A stretch of 64,000 nucleotides of DNA from Nitrosopumilus sp. (GTDB lineage: Archaea; Thermoproteota; Nitrososphaeria; Nitrososphaerales; Nitrosopumilaceae): positions 2,048,001 to 2,112,000 of the forward strand of contig CBDBLO010000002.1 in NCBI GenBank assembly GCA_965207075.1, read 5' to 3'. Each line of letters starts with the position of its first letter. Position 1 is the stretch's first letter. Position numbers and translations under genes: made by a program. The notes beneath the pieces were generated by a model. The model was given only the letters and a program-made list of their open reading frames with translations. It was not told the origin of the DNA and did not search any database. This document shows positions 29,340 through 38,380 of this stretch, one piece after another.

Positions 29340-30476
29340 TCAATCGCCTTTATATCGCTGTACTCTAGGAAACAATCCCGGTATACTCTTGCCTACATTT
29401 TCATACCACAATATAGTCATTGAGTTGTTTGGGCAGTTATGGCTCATAATTAATGGTAGGCCACATTCGTCAAACCCCAAATATGGTTTAGTATGTTTGC
29501 CATTTTTATACTGTGATGTTACAATATCTTTATACTGAAAATTGTTTTTTAATATATCTTCCATCTTGTCAAGTTCATCGGAGCTCAAATTCACAGAATC
29601 ATCTATTTCTTGTATGGCCCACACATTCACTTGTATAGATGTGTGTGCAACATGTTTGCGCACTTCATCTCTAATCCATTGTATGGCACGAGTAGTAGCA
29701 ACATACAGCACCACACATACTTTTAATTTTTTTATATCAATCGCTTTTGCAATAAAATTAAACTTGTCGTTATCATTAATAATCTGCTTAAGAAATTTTA
29801 TTATTTTGCCTGTTTTTATTATTTTACCTGTCGCATTTTCCTTTTCTTCGCGTATGCAGCTTTTACCACTCGCAGAAAAGTCGTCAATGAGAAAAACTAT
29901 TTCATATTTTTCATCCGCTGGTTTTTTAGTAAGATTTTTTATATCACAATCTAACTCTTCTTTAAGTTCATCTGCCTTTTCTTCGGTAATCAAATATGCA
30001 GGATATATTTGCTCATGCTTAAGAGACGCAGATAGTCTTCTGAACAGATCTAGTTTGGCACCGTCGCTCAACCCTAAAAACAAACATTTTCTTTGCATTA
30101 TTTCGAAATTTACATTATTTACAATTTTTTTAATAGCAAACCTTTCAATGTTATATTTCTCAGCTACAAGGTTAATGAGATATGGCCGTATTGTATCCAT
30201 GTACGTCATCTGGATCAGGTGTTCAAGTTCTTTTGTAGATATGAATACCAGATTTCGTTTGATATATTCATAAGCTGTGTTTTTCTCTTCGGCGCTTGGA
30301 AATCGCTCTAACCAGAGTACCAAATTCCCAATGAACCTCATTCCAGGGGCAAATTGTTGATATTCGTCATATTTATAATCCGCAAGCATTTGCAGATCGT
30401 ATCTTTCTGTCGTTAACTTACTAGGGGGCCAGTCAATTACCTTTGTAAGTAGCTTTCTTGTTAATGAATCTTTCAT
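29340..30476 (-). CDS. Phosphoribosyltransferase-like protein
   Basis: PRPP-loop IVFLIDDFSASGKS; C-terminal YLGF...HNCPNNS...LFPR. Confidence 0.7.
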   Translation of the reverse strand: MKDSLTRKLLTKVIDWPPSKLTTERYDLQMLADYKYDEYQQFAPGMRFIGNLVLWLERFPSAEEKNTAYEYIKRNLVFISTKELEHLIQMTYMDTIRPYLINLVAEKYNIERFAIKKIVNNVNFEIMQRKCLFLGLSDGAKLDLFRRLSASLKHEQIYPAYLITEEKADELKEELDCDIKNLTKKPADEKYEIVFLIDDFSASGKSCIREEKENATGKIIKTGKIIKFLKQIINDNDKFNFIAKAIDIKKLKVCVVLYVATTRAIQWIRDEVRKHVAHTSIQVNVWAIQEIDDSVNLSSDELDKMEDILKNNFQYKDIVTSQYKNGKHTKPYLGFDECGLPLIMSHNCPNNSMTILWYENVGKSIPGLFPRVQRYKGD

Positions 30477-32401
30477 TTTGTGCCTCCAGCAACATTCAGT
30501 GTGAGATACCCATCATAAAGCACAGCGTTTTTAAAATATTCCAGAACCCCACTTTCTCCATACAGTCCATACGGCAATGTATTCCAACAGCTGTCAGGGT
30601 TATTACTCGTTTCGCCTACGCTTAGGGAGAACTTCGTGCTTAGCAGCTCGAAATCATTGCCCGGATACTCTCCTTTGTCACCAACACACAGAACCTGTAA
30701 TTGTTGCGGTAACTTTCTCTGAATATGGTCGACTAGACTTAGTTTAGATACTTGGCACGGTATGATGTCAACGGAATGGATTGACTCTACTATCTTTACG
30801 TTTTTGTGTTCTTTGGCTATCATATACAGGGTATGAGCCAAGTCACTTGGAAGATGGTCATTCGTTTGAATTGAGATCTGTTTTGGTCGTCGTTCGATAG
30901 TACAATCATCAAGCACGGTTCTGTAATCCAGATGCGACATAAATCCCATTAATGCTTCGTCTATTGTCTCATCATCATCTAGCGTGAAGTCATCACTTAA
31001 ACCTCTTATAATGCCGCCATTGTAATACCCGATATGTACTCCCGATTGCCATTTTCTTGGGATTATTTTTTGCAATACTTTTCTCACAGATCTACCTCGT
31101 CCTGTCGCTATTCCTATGACAATGTTGTTGCTTAGGAGTGTTGTGATAAGAGATCCGATCTCTTTTGATGGATAATCAGATCTATGTTTGGAATCACATA
31201 CAGTACCGTCGTAGTCAAATACCACGGCACCAAACTTCTGTCCGGAAATATTTTTTGCAAATTTTCTGAACAATTTTAGCCGTGTCTTGGTTTCAGATAC
31301 GTCGGGATTCGCATGGCCAAACTTTCTGCAGATTGCCATCTTTTCGACGCTGCACCATGCGTCAGGAACAGCACGTGGCATTGTGAGATGATATATCTTT
31401 CTTCCAAATCTAGCAACGTGTGGTTTGCCAGGATCAATTCCCTTTGCAGTGCCGAAAAGATTTACCGCATGCAATACTTGAATAATAAGCGCTATTGATG
31501 CAGCAGGTCCCTCATAACCTGTATCAAATCTTGCTTGTGGCATGTATTCCGGAATAAGTGCAAGAGTCTTGCTTGCAAGCTTTCTGCAATTCGGGTTTAC
31601 AAAAGCAACTACGGATGTCTCATTTCTATTTTTGTCTAGCCAGTTATGCCTACCATGCGCAAAGTTGCGATAATCTGCAAGCTGCACACTACACAGGCCT
31701 GCTTCAACCAATTTTGACTCCAAGTCTACTGCAGCAGTTTTGCCCCAATTATCATAAAGGCACACTATCGTATTTCGACTGATAATATCTGTCAATCTTC
31801 TCTCAAGATCCTCTGGTTTCCACTCTCCACATAGTTCGTCCAGTTGTGGCATCTTGAAGGGCCACATGTGTGTCTTCATGTATGCTCTACATAACCAAAC
31901 CATGCTGGCTATCAATGAGTTTGTTGCAAGGAAGCCGTCCTTGCCTGTAGGAATGTCTATTGAATGCACCAAATCTAGACTACTGGCCTTTTTTACTAAT
32001 TTGTTATTTGTACTTGCACACATAATACCGATGTTTTTAATTCCAAGACTGGTAGCTCGATCAAAAACTGATAAGATGTCTGTGTTGTTTCCTCCAGCAG
32101 TAATGATCATTATGGAACAGTCACTACTAATATTATCATATCCTAAAAATTCGAGTGGAGTTAGGTATTTTGAGATGGTTCCGGTCCTTTGGTGTAGTAA
32201 CGACGCGAAAGTTGCAGACGAGAGAGATCCGCCAGATCCTATCACGTACAATGGCATCTTTTTAGAACGTCTTACGAACTCTGTGATCTTGTCTATGGGA
32301 GTTGTCAATGCCCAGTTATAAACATCGGGAATCATTTTAAGATCTCTTGTATATGATCGTCCCAAGCTAGCTCTACCATCTTTAGATCCACTGGCTAGCA
32401 T
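30473..32401 (-). CDS. SIS sugar-isomerase domains fused to a HAD (Cof-type) phosphatase
   Basis: VIGSGGSLS, ESKLVEAG...NFAHG; HAD motifs FDYDGT, ATGRG, VSK, VGD...GND. Confidence 0.75.
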   Translation of the reverse strand: MLASGSKDGRASLGRSYTRDLKMIPDVYNWALTTPIDKITEFVRRSKKMPLYVIGSGGSLSSATFASLLHQRTGTISKYLTPLEFLGYDNISSDCSIMIITAGGNNTDILSVFDRATSLGIKNIGIMCASTNNKLVKKASSLDLVHSIDIPTGKDGFLATNSLIASMVWLCRAYMKTHMWPFKMPQLDELCGEWKPEDLERRLTDIISRNTIVCLYDNWGKTAAVDLESKLVEAGLCSVQLADYRNFAHGRHNWLDKNRNETSVVAFVNPNCRKLASKTLALIPEYMPQARFDTGYEGPAASIALIIQVLHAVNLFGTAKGIDPGKPHVARFGRKIYHLTMPRAVPDAWCSVEKMAICRKFGHANPDVSETKTRLKLFRKFAKNISGQKFGAVVFDYDGTVCDSKHRSDYPSKEIGSLITTLLSNNIVIGIATGRGRSVRKVLQKIIPRKWQSGVHIGYYNGGIIRGLSDDFTLDDDETIDEALMGFMSHLDYRTVLDDCTIERRPKQISIQTNDHLPSDLAHTLYMIAKEHKNVKIVESIHSVDIIPCQVSKLSLVDHIQRKLPQQLQVLCVGDKGEYPGNDFELLSTKFSLSVGETSNNPDSCWNTLPYGLYGESGVLEYFKNAVLYDGYLTLNVAGGTK

Positions 32402-33134
32402 AAAGGTTTGTTTATGGATATAGTCAAACTAAAAGCTAAGTCGGTCTAACAAACCCTATCGATTAGGTTAGAGGATGTCAAGGAGGACAGATGGGCAGAT
32501 TCGCCTCCAAGAATAGATCCGGTACTGGAAAGATGATGCAGTTGGGCAAAGAGACACCAAGTTCGTTTCTCGCGGGTACTCCTCCAGCGTACAACCTTAG
32601 ATCCGCCCACATGGCGCGACGAACTGTCGATGCTGTTCCGCCTGCGTCAGGCGGAAATGTGCAACAACAAGGAACAAGGCGCTGCATACGCCTGATCCTA
32701 CCGTACAGTCTTGCGCATTCGCGATGTGATGGGATCGAACTCCGGAAACACCGTGTAACAGGTATTGTCTGTGAGACACATCTTCTGCATACGAATAACC
32801 TGTCTGCTTCAAGGCGCATACAAGGATGTACAAGCTGCCAATCTCAAATCAGAAGGATAGTCGACAGCAGGCGCCATGTCGCTAGCAAGACGGCGATCGG
32901 CCGGTGCCTTCTGACACAGACTCTCCGTGGTCGCCTCACTGCAGCTCAGATAGCCGCCTTCTATTGTAGGCTAGCATGCCTGACGTCTCAATCCATCTCT
33001 TGTAGAGTTCGAATCGAAAGTAATTCAAACTCTACCAGCAGGGTTAAATGCCAAATCATCCCCAACCCATACGTTGACAGGCACGGGTTCAGGCGGCAAA
33101 GTTCGAATTAAAACCGATTCGCATAAGACGGAAA

Positions 33135-33209
33135 TGGGCCCACGGGGATTTGAACCCCGGATCTTCGCCGTGTAAGGGCGACGTCATAACCGAGCTGGAC
33201 TATGAGCCC
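33135..33209 (-). tRNA. tRNA-Val(TAC)
   Basis: GGGCTCATAGTCCAGCTCGGTTATGACGTCGCCCT-TAC-ACGGCGAAGATCCGGGGTTCAAATCCCCGTGGGCCCA folds as a cloverleaf; TTTAAA box upstream. Confidence 0.95.
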
Positions 33210-33368
33210 AAGGGCAGACGTTGCCAAAATCCATTTAAATCTTGAGTGGAGGCCAGCCCTTGCGCGTAGCAGCTGCCTCCCTAGGTTCCTGACGGCCGGT
33301 TGGCAGTGGTTACAGATGGGGCGGCCAAAGAAGCTAGAAATTCATGTATGCAAAAAGAGGATGCGGTC

Positions 33369-34439
33369 ATGTCAGACAAGAGAATCAGCTTCTTCACAAG
33401 CCCCATAGGCCTCGGGCACGCCACGCGCGACGCGGCGATCTCGGCGCATCTAGGGTCGGGCGTCAGCTTTACGACCGGCGGCGGCGCGGCGCGTCTGCTT
33501 GCGGGCGCCGTGGAGTCAGTCCGCGACGAGTACAGGCCCCCGAGGTTCGAGGTCGACGGGAACGGCAAGCTCAGAAACCCCGCAAGATGGCTGTGGAGAT
33601 ACTACCGGTACTACAAAGACTGCAAGAGAATCGCATCCCAGATCATCGCACGCGAGAACCCGGACATGGTGGTGAGCGACGAGGACTTTGCATCGGTTGC
33701 CGTGGCACTGGAGATGGGAATCAAGACGATCCTAATTACCGACATACTGCAGACCAGCTTTACTGAGGGCTGGCCCGGCACCGCCATCGAGGGGAGGATG
33801 AACAGGGCCATGCGCGAGATGATGGAAAAATGCGACGCCGTGATAATGCCGGAGACCGGCCACAGTACTGGAAACGTGTTCAGAGTAGGCCCCATAACGA
33901 GAAGTCCGAGCAGAACAAGGGAGGAGATCCGCCGAGCCTGCGGGTTTGAGAAGAAGATCGTGCTGGTGTCAGTCGGCGGCACGGACGCGGGAGCCTTTCT
34001 GATCGACCGCGTGCTGGATGCCATGGCCGAAGTTGATCGCGGTGGGGGCGGGGGCGGCACGGAGACGGTAATAGTTTCCGGGCCCTCGATTGCAGTCGCG
34101 GCCGCAGGAAGAAAAGAGGTTCGCGGCCGCAATGCCAGGGTCATGGGGTACGTGGACAACCTCCACGAGCTGATCCTAGCAGCAGACGTGCTGGTCTCGC
34201 TTGCCGGGCGCTCGACCATTGACGAGGCGGAGGCGGCAGGCACGCCGTCCGTGTTCATCCCGATCGCAGGCCACTTTGAGCAGGAGGCAAACGCGGCAAG
34301 GCTCGGGTTTGCGGCATCCGACATTGACAGGCTTGCAGAAATCATAGGCGCAAAGCTTGACGAGCCGCGCAGGCCGGCCGTGGACGCGGCCGGGGCCGTG
34401 GACGCGGCCAAGCTGATTGCATCTGTTGCCGCCGGATAG
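33369..34439 (+). CDS. Glycosyltransferase (GT-B, MurG/GT28-like)
   Basis: GLGHATRD, VSVGG, AGRSTIDE, HFEQEANA. Confidence 0.82.
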   Translation: MSDKRISFFTSPIGLGHATRDAAISAHLGSGVSFTTGGGAARLLAGAVESVRDEYRPPRFEVDGNGKLRNPARWLWRYYRYYKDCKRIASQIIARENPDMVVSDEDFASVAVALEMGIKTILITDILQTSFTEGWPGTAIEGRMNRAMREMMEKCDAVIMPETGHSTGNVFRVGPITRSPSRTREEIRRACGFEKKIVLVSVGGTDAGAFLIDRVLDAMAEVDRGGGGGGTETVIVSGPSIAVAAAGRKEVRGRNARVMGYVDNLHELILAADVLVSLAGRSTIDEAEAAGTPSVFIPIAGHFEQEANAARLGFAASDIDRLAEIIGAKLDEPRRPAVDAAGAVDAAKLIASVAAG

Positions 34440-34532
34440 GCAGCGGCCCGCCGCCGTATCCGCGCCACCGCGCCCCCGGGCTTGCAGCCCACCGGTGATC
34501 AACATATAGATGGACTGTCCGCATACCCTGTC

Positions 34533-35972
34533 ATGGCAGGGAAGAGGCTGGTCATAGCAAAGTTTGGCGGCAGCGCGCTCGGCCCCGACGGCGTGCACAT
34601 ACCAAGGATAGTCGAGCGCATAAGGGAGCTGAAGCGTGACGCGGACACCAAGGTGGTCGCGGTGTTCTCGGCCCCCCTCACCGCCAACCAAGACGGCACC
34701 ATACGCTCGCTGACTGACATCGTACTAGAGCAGGGCAGAAACGCCGAATCAGGGGCAGAGTACTCGCTTGATACGGTCACGGACGCGTACGCCGCGCTGA
34801 TGCGCGACAACCTGCGCGGGGCCGCGGCCGAGACTGCAGACGCGTGCGGCGGCATCGCCGAAGAGGGCCTTGCAAGGACCCGGGAGGCGCTAGAGGAGGC
34901 GCGCACGGAGAGGAGGTTCGAGGGCGAGGTCAGGTCAAGGGCGCTCGCGTTCTCCGGCGAGGTACTAATGTCGCACATAATGAAGCACATACTGGCGCAC
35001 AACGGCATCAGGTCGGACTCCGTCGAGCTGGACGACTGGCCCATCATCACCGACAGCAACATCGAGTCGTCGAACTTTCTTGCCGAGGAGTCAAGGAAGC
35101 GCCTGGGGCCCATGGAGGCGATGCTCGAGGCAAACGACGCGGTCTCGATCGGCGGCTTTATCGGCCGCACCACGGACGGCACGATCACCACGTACGAGCG
35201 CGGCGGCACCGACCGCACTGCGGCCGACGTCGCCATACTGTTCCACAAGGAATACGACACCAGCATCGACTTTGAAAAGGACAGCTCCGTGGTCTCCGCG
35301 GACCCCAAGATAGTAAAGGACGACCTCAGCGAGGTGCCCCAGCTGTCGTACAACGAGGCCAGGCTCGCGGGTATGTTCGGGATGAAGATACTAGACCCGA
35401 TCGCGATCAAGGAGATAGTGGAGAACGGGGCGGATGTTCCCATCATCATAACGAACCTGAACCGCCCGGAGAAGACCACCACCATCACGAGGGCGCTGGA
35501 TCCCGACGGGTCCTCGAGCCCGATCAAGATGGTCACGGGCAAGTCAAACTGCGCCATATTCAGGATAGAAAAGGCCGCGATGGAGAGGCTGCTCACGTCG
35601 CTTGAAAACGACAAGAGGTACAGCGAGTTTGTCATACTGTCCCCGTATACGAAGGACGGAACCGAGTTCGGGCGCATGCTGTTCCTGGACGCCGACTACA
35701 TCAGGCGCAACGAGAAATACTTTATGGCATTCGACTCGCTTGCCACCATAACGTACAACCGCGGGGTAGTCACGCTGATCGGCGACGAGATGTGGCGCGC
35801 GCAGCAGGTCGCGTCAAGGGCCAGCGCGTGCGTCGGTTCGGCGGGGCTCAACATACTGAACATGGACGCGCAGGAGGAGACGTCGAGGATAATCATCGTA
35901 ATAGAGGACGCGGCCGACAACGTCGCAAGGGCCATCGCGTCGATACACGGCGAGATAGTGGCCGCGGGCTAG
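34533..35972 (+). CDS. lysC: Aspartate kinase
   Basis: IAKFGGS, RGGTDRTAA, SADPK, C-terminal ACT-like domain. Confidence 0.85.
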   Translation: MAGKRLVIAKFGGSALGPDGVHIPRIVERIRELKRDADTKVVAVFSAPLTANQDGTIRSLTDIVLEQGRNAESGAEYSLDTVTDAYAALMRDNLRGAAAETADACGGIAEEGLARTREALEEARTERRFEGEVRSRALAFSGEVLMSHIMKHILAHNGIRSDSVELDDWPIITDSNIESSNFLAEESRKRLGPMEAMLEANDAVSIGGFIGRTTDGTITTYERGGTDRTAADVAILFHKEYDTSIDFEKDSSVVSADPKIVKDDLSEVPQLSYNEARLAGMFGMKILDPIAIKEIVENGADVPIIITNLNRPEKTTTITRALDPDGSSSPIKMVTGKSNCAIFRIEKAAMERLLTSLENDKRYSEFVILSPYTKDGTEFGRMLFLDADYIRRNEKYFMAFDSLATITYNRGVVTLIGDEMWRAQQVASRASACVGSAGLNILNMDAQEETSRIIIVIEDAADNVARAIASIHGEIVAAG

Positions 35973-36146
35973 CGCGCAGCCGCCCGCAACCGGATTAGTA
36001 TTGGCGTTAACGGTTTCCCGTTACCGCCATCAAGGGTTTGTTCTTGGGCCTGTATCATGATTCAGCCCGGGCGTTACCCTTAACACGCTTGACATATGTT
36101 GTACGTCTGAGTATTTATGGCTGATCTATATAGATCGGGTCTGGAT

Positions 36147-36365
36147 CTAGCTCCTCTCAGCCACGTACCAGATTATGATGCCGGCGCCTATTATGGCATA
36201 CCACTTGAAGTTGGAGCGGTGCGCGAACACGCTGGGCGAGCCCATCTCGCTGCCGCTCTGCGCCACTCTGATGCGGCGCATCTCAAAGGCCTGGCCCACG
36301 AGCCCCGCCACAAGCAGCGCGATTGCGACAAACCCCAGCGTCCAGTCCACGCATTCCGTACGCAT
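36147..36365 (-). CDS. Small two-TM hypothetical protein
   Basis: DWTLGFVAIALL...GQAFEMRRI...NFKWYAIIGAG. Confidence 0.55.
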   Translation of the reverse strand: MRTECVDWTLGFVAIALLVAGLVGQAFEMRRIRVAQSGSEMGSPSVFAHRSNFKWYAIIGAGIIIWYVAERS

Positions 36366-36534
36366 ACGTAAGATTTCTAGCTTGGGGTTGTTCGGCGGAG
36401 CCCAAGACCCGAGGCCGTAACACTGCAGATCGGCACGGTGTCGTCCCAGGTCCCGCCCGCGCGCGGCGCCACCGTCCGGCGGCCCCCGCAACGCGGCGTG
36501 CATTCTTTAAATTAGCATGCATTTTGGCCCCGCT

Positions 36535-37449
36535 ATGAAAGAGTCCGGCAAGATATGGATGAACGGCAAGCTGGTGCCGTTTGCCGATGCAAAGGTGCAC
36601 GTCCTGACGCACGCGCTGCACTACTCGACGTCGGTGTTCGAGGGGATCAGGTGCTATAACACGCCGGAGGGCCCCGCCATATTCAGGCTGGATGACCACG
36701 TGGACAGGATGTTCCGCTCCGCAAAGATGTACTCGATGAAGATTAGATATACCAAGGGCCAGATTGCAGACGCCATAATCGACACGGTGCGCGCATGCAG
36801 GCTCAAGGAGTGCTATATCAGGCCCCTGGCATACTACGGGTACGGCGAGATGGGGCTCACCCCCACAAAGAACAAGGTGGACGTCTCCATATCCTGCTGG
36901 CCCTGGAAGATGGGCGAGTCGAAGGCAGGCAAGTTCTCAGGGGCAAGGTGCATGGTGTCGAGCTGGACTAGGATCGACCCGAGGGCGCAGCCCGTGCAGG
37001 CAAAGGCGGCCGCCAACTATTCCAACGCCGCGCTCGCAAGGGTCGAGGCACTGGAGAACGGCTACGACGAGGCCATCATGCTCAACGGAGACGGGAGGGT
37101 CGCAGAAGGCAGCGCGGAGAACATCTTCATATGCACGGACGGGCGCATACTGACGCCCCCGCTCTCGACCGGGTGCCTCAGCGGGATCACCAGGGACAGC
37201 GTCATAAAGATAGCCGCGGCCGACGGCATCGACATATCAGAGTATGATCTGTACAGGGCCGACCTGTACACGGCCGACGAGATATTCATGACGGGCACGG
37301 CCGCCGAGGTAAAGTCCGTCACGCAGGTCGACCGCACTAGAATAGGGAGCGGCAGGATGGGCCGCGTCACAAAGGCGCTGCAAAAGTCGTTCGTGGGCGC
37401 CGCCATGGGCAAGGACAAGAGGTTCAGGCAGTGGCTCACGTTCATCTGA
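36535..37449 (+). CDS. ilvE: Branched-chain amino acid aminotransferase
   Basis: LHYSTSVFEG, EGSAENIF, LSGITR, GTAAEV. Confidence 0.93.
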   Translation: MKESGKIWMNGKLVPFADAKVHVLTHALHYSTSVFEGIRCYNTPEGPAIFRLDDHVDRMFRSAKMYSMKIRYTKGQIADAIIDTVRACRLKECYIRPLAYYGYGEMGLTPTKNKVDVSISCWPWKMGESKAGKFSGARCMVSSWTRIDPRAQPVQAKAAANYSNAALARVEALENGYDEAIMLNGDGRVAEGSAENIFICTDGRILTPPLSTGCLSGITRDSVIKIAAADGIDISEYDLYRADLYTADEIFMTGTAAEVKSVTQVDRTRIGSGRMGRVTKALQKSFVGAAMGKDKRFRQWLTFI

Positions 37450-37558
37450 CTGCGCCGGCCTGAACTAATTGAGACTCACGTCCAAGGCGCCGCCCGTCCG
37501 GACCTCCCCCCAGCGCCAGAGATTAATGGTTTTTTAATCAGGCGGCACCACACCATGC

Positions 37559-37723
37559 GTGGACTGCGCCGAGAATGACAGCGACGGGGTGTGCTGGTTC
37601 TGCAAGAAGGGAAGGCACGCAGAGTGCATGGTGGAGATCCCGATGGCGGGCAGGTCAGGCGACGGCGGGCCCCACGACTGCACGTTTGACACGGTAATGG
37701 CAAAGTGCTGCTGCAAGCACTGA
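37559..37723 (+). CDS. Small Cys/His-rich protein (54 aa, not in ORF track)
   Basis: Manual translation MDCAENDSDGVCWFCKKGRHAECMVEIPMAGRSGDGGPHDCTFDTVMAKCCCKH; TTTTTAA box about 25 nt upstream. Confidence 0.6.
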   Translation: MDCAENDSDGVCWFCKKGRHAECMVEIPMAGRSGDGGPHDCTFDTVMAKCCCKH

Positions 37724-37765
37724 GCGCGCGAGGCGGCACTGGAAAGGGGGGGGGCTGCGAGAGGC

Positions 37766-38380
37766 ATGGACGGATCACCGCGGTACCGCGGCAGGTATGA
37801 CGAGAATTTCTGGGACGAGTACGCCAGATCAAACGAGTCAAGGTACGATGCGGGGTTTGCAGGCAGGGTGGCGTACACGGCCGGCGAGCTGCGCTGCGCA
37901 AGCGTGCTCGAGGTGGGGTGCGGGACCGGCGTCGACCTCAGGCTGGTGCCAGACGGAGTGCACGTATTCGGGCTCGACCCCAACCACGTGGCAGTCGGGG
38001 CCGCAAGGGAGGGCGTGCGGTCCGGGTGCTTTGCAAGGGGGATGATTACCGACATGCCGTATGCGGACTCGTCGATAGACCTGGTGTTCACGCACAGGCT
38101 GCTGAACTATCTTGACGAGGATACGCTGGCAGGCGGGATGCGCGAGATGCACAGGGTGGCAAGAAAGCACGTGATGAGCTGCGAGTGGTCCGGCGCCACG
38201 GAGGGCGCGATGGACGGGCGCCGCACCCTGCGGAACATGGCAGAAAGGTGGGCGGGCATGGGCGCAGAGGTCATGGCAGACGCCCTCGTGTATGATGCGG
38301 CGGCGGCGGCGGCAGAACACGGGGCTGACCCGCCCGCAGAGACGGCCGAGACCAGAATGACGCTCGTGCGGGTCTCATAG
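37766..38380 (+). CDS. Class I SAM-dependent methyltransferase
   Basis: VLEVGCGTG, MPYADSSIDLV. Confidence 0.82.
   Translation: MDGSPRYRGRYDENFWDEYARSNESRYDAGFAGRVAYTAGELRCASVLEVGCGTGVDLRLVPDGVHVFGLDPNHVAVGAAREGVRSGCFARGMITDMPYADSSIDLVFTHRLLNYLDEDTLAGGMREMHRVARKHVMSCEWSGATEGAMDGRRTLRNMAERWAGMGAEVMADALVYDAAAAAAEHGADPPAETAETRMTLVRVS

Larger units (their letters stand above)
9390..33147. mobile_element. Integrated element / defence island inserted at tRNA-Val(TAC)
   Basis: 13-bp direct repeat tgggcccacgggg at 9390-9402 and 33135-33147 (tRNA 3' end); integrase at the left end; restriction-modification and AT-rich cargo. Confidence 0.7.

Noticed and set aside
32478-33111. ORFs between the five-gene operon and tRNA-Val, including a CRRC motif faintly like the TFB-like Zn ribbon
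   Set aside because: Similarity is too weak and no coherent frame or motif is present; probably decayed DNA.
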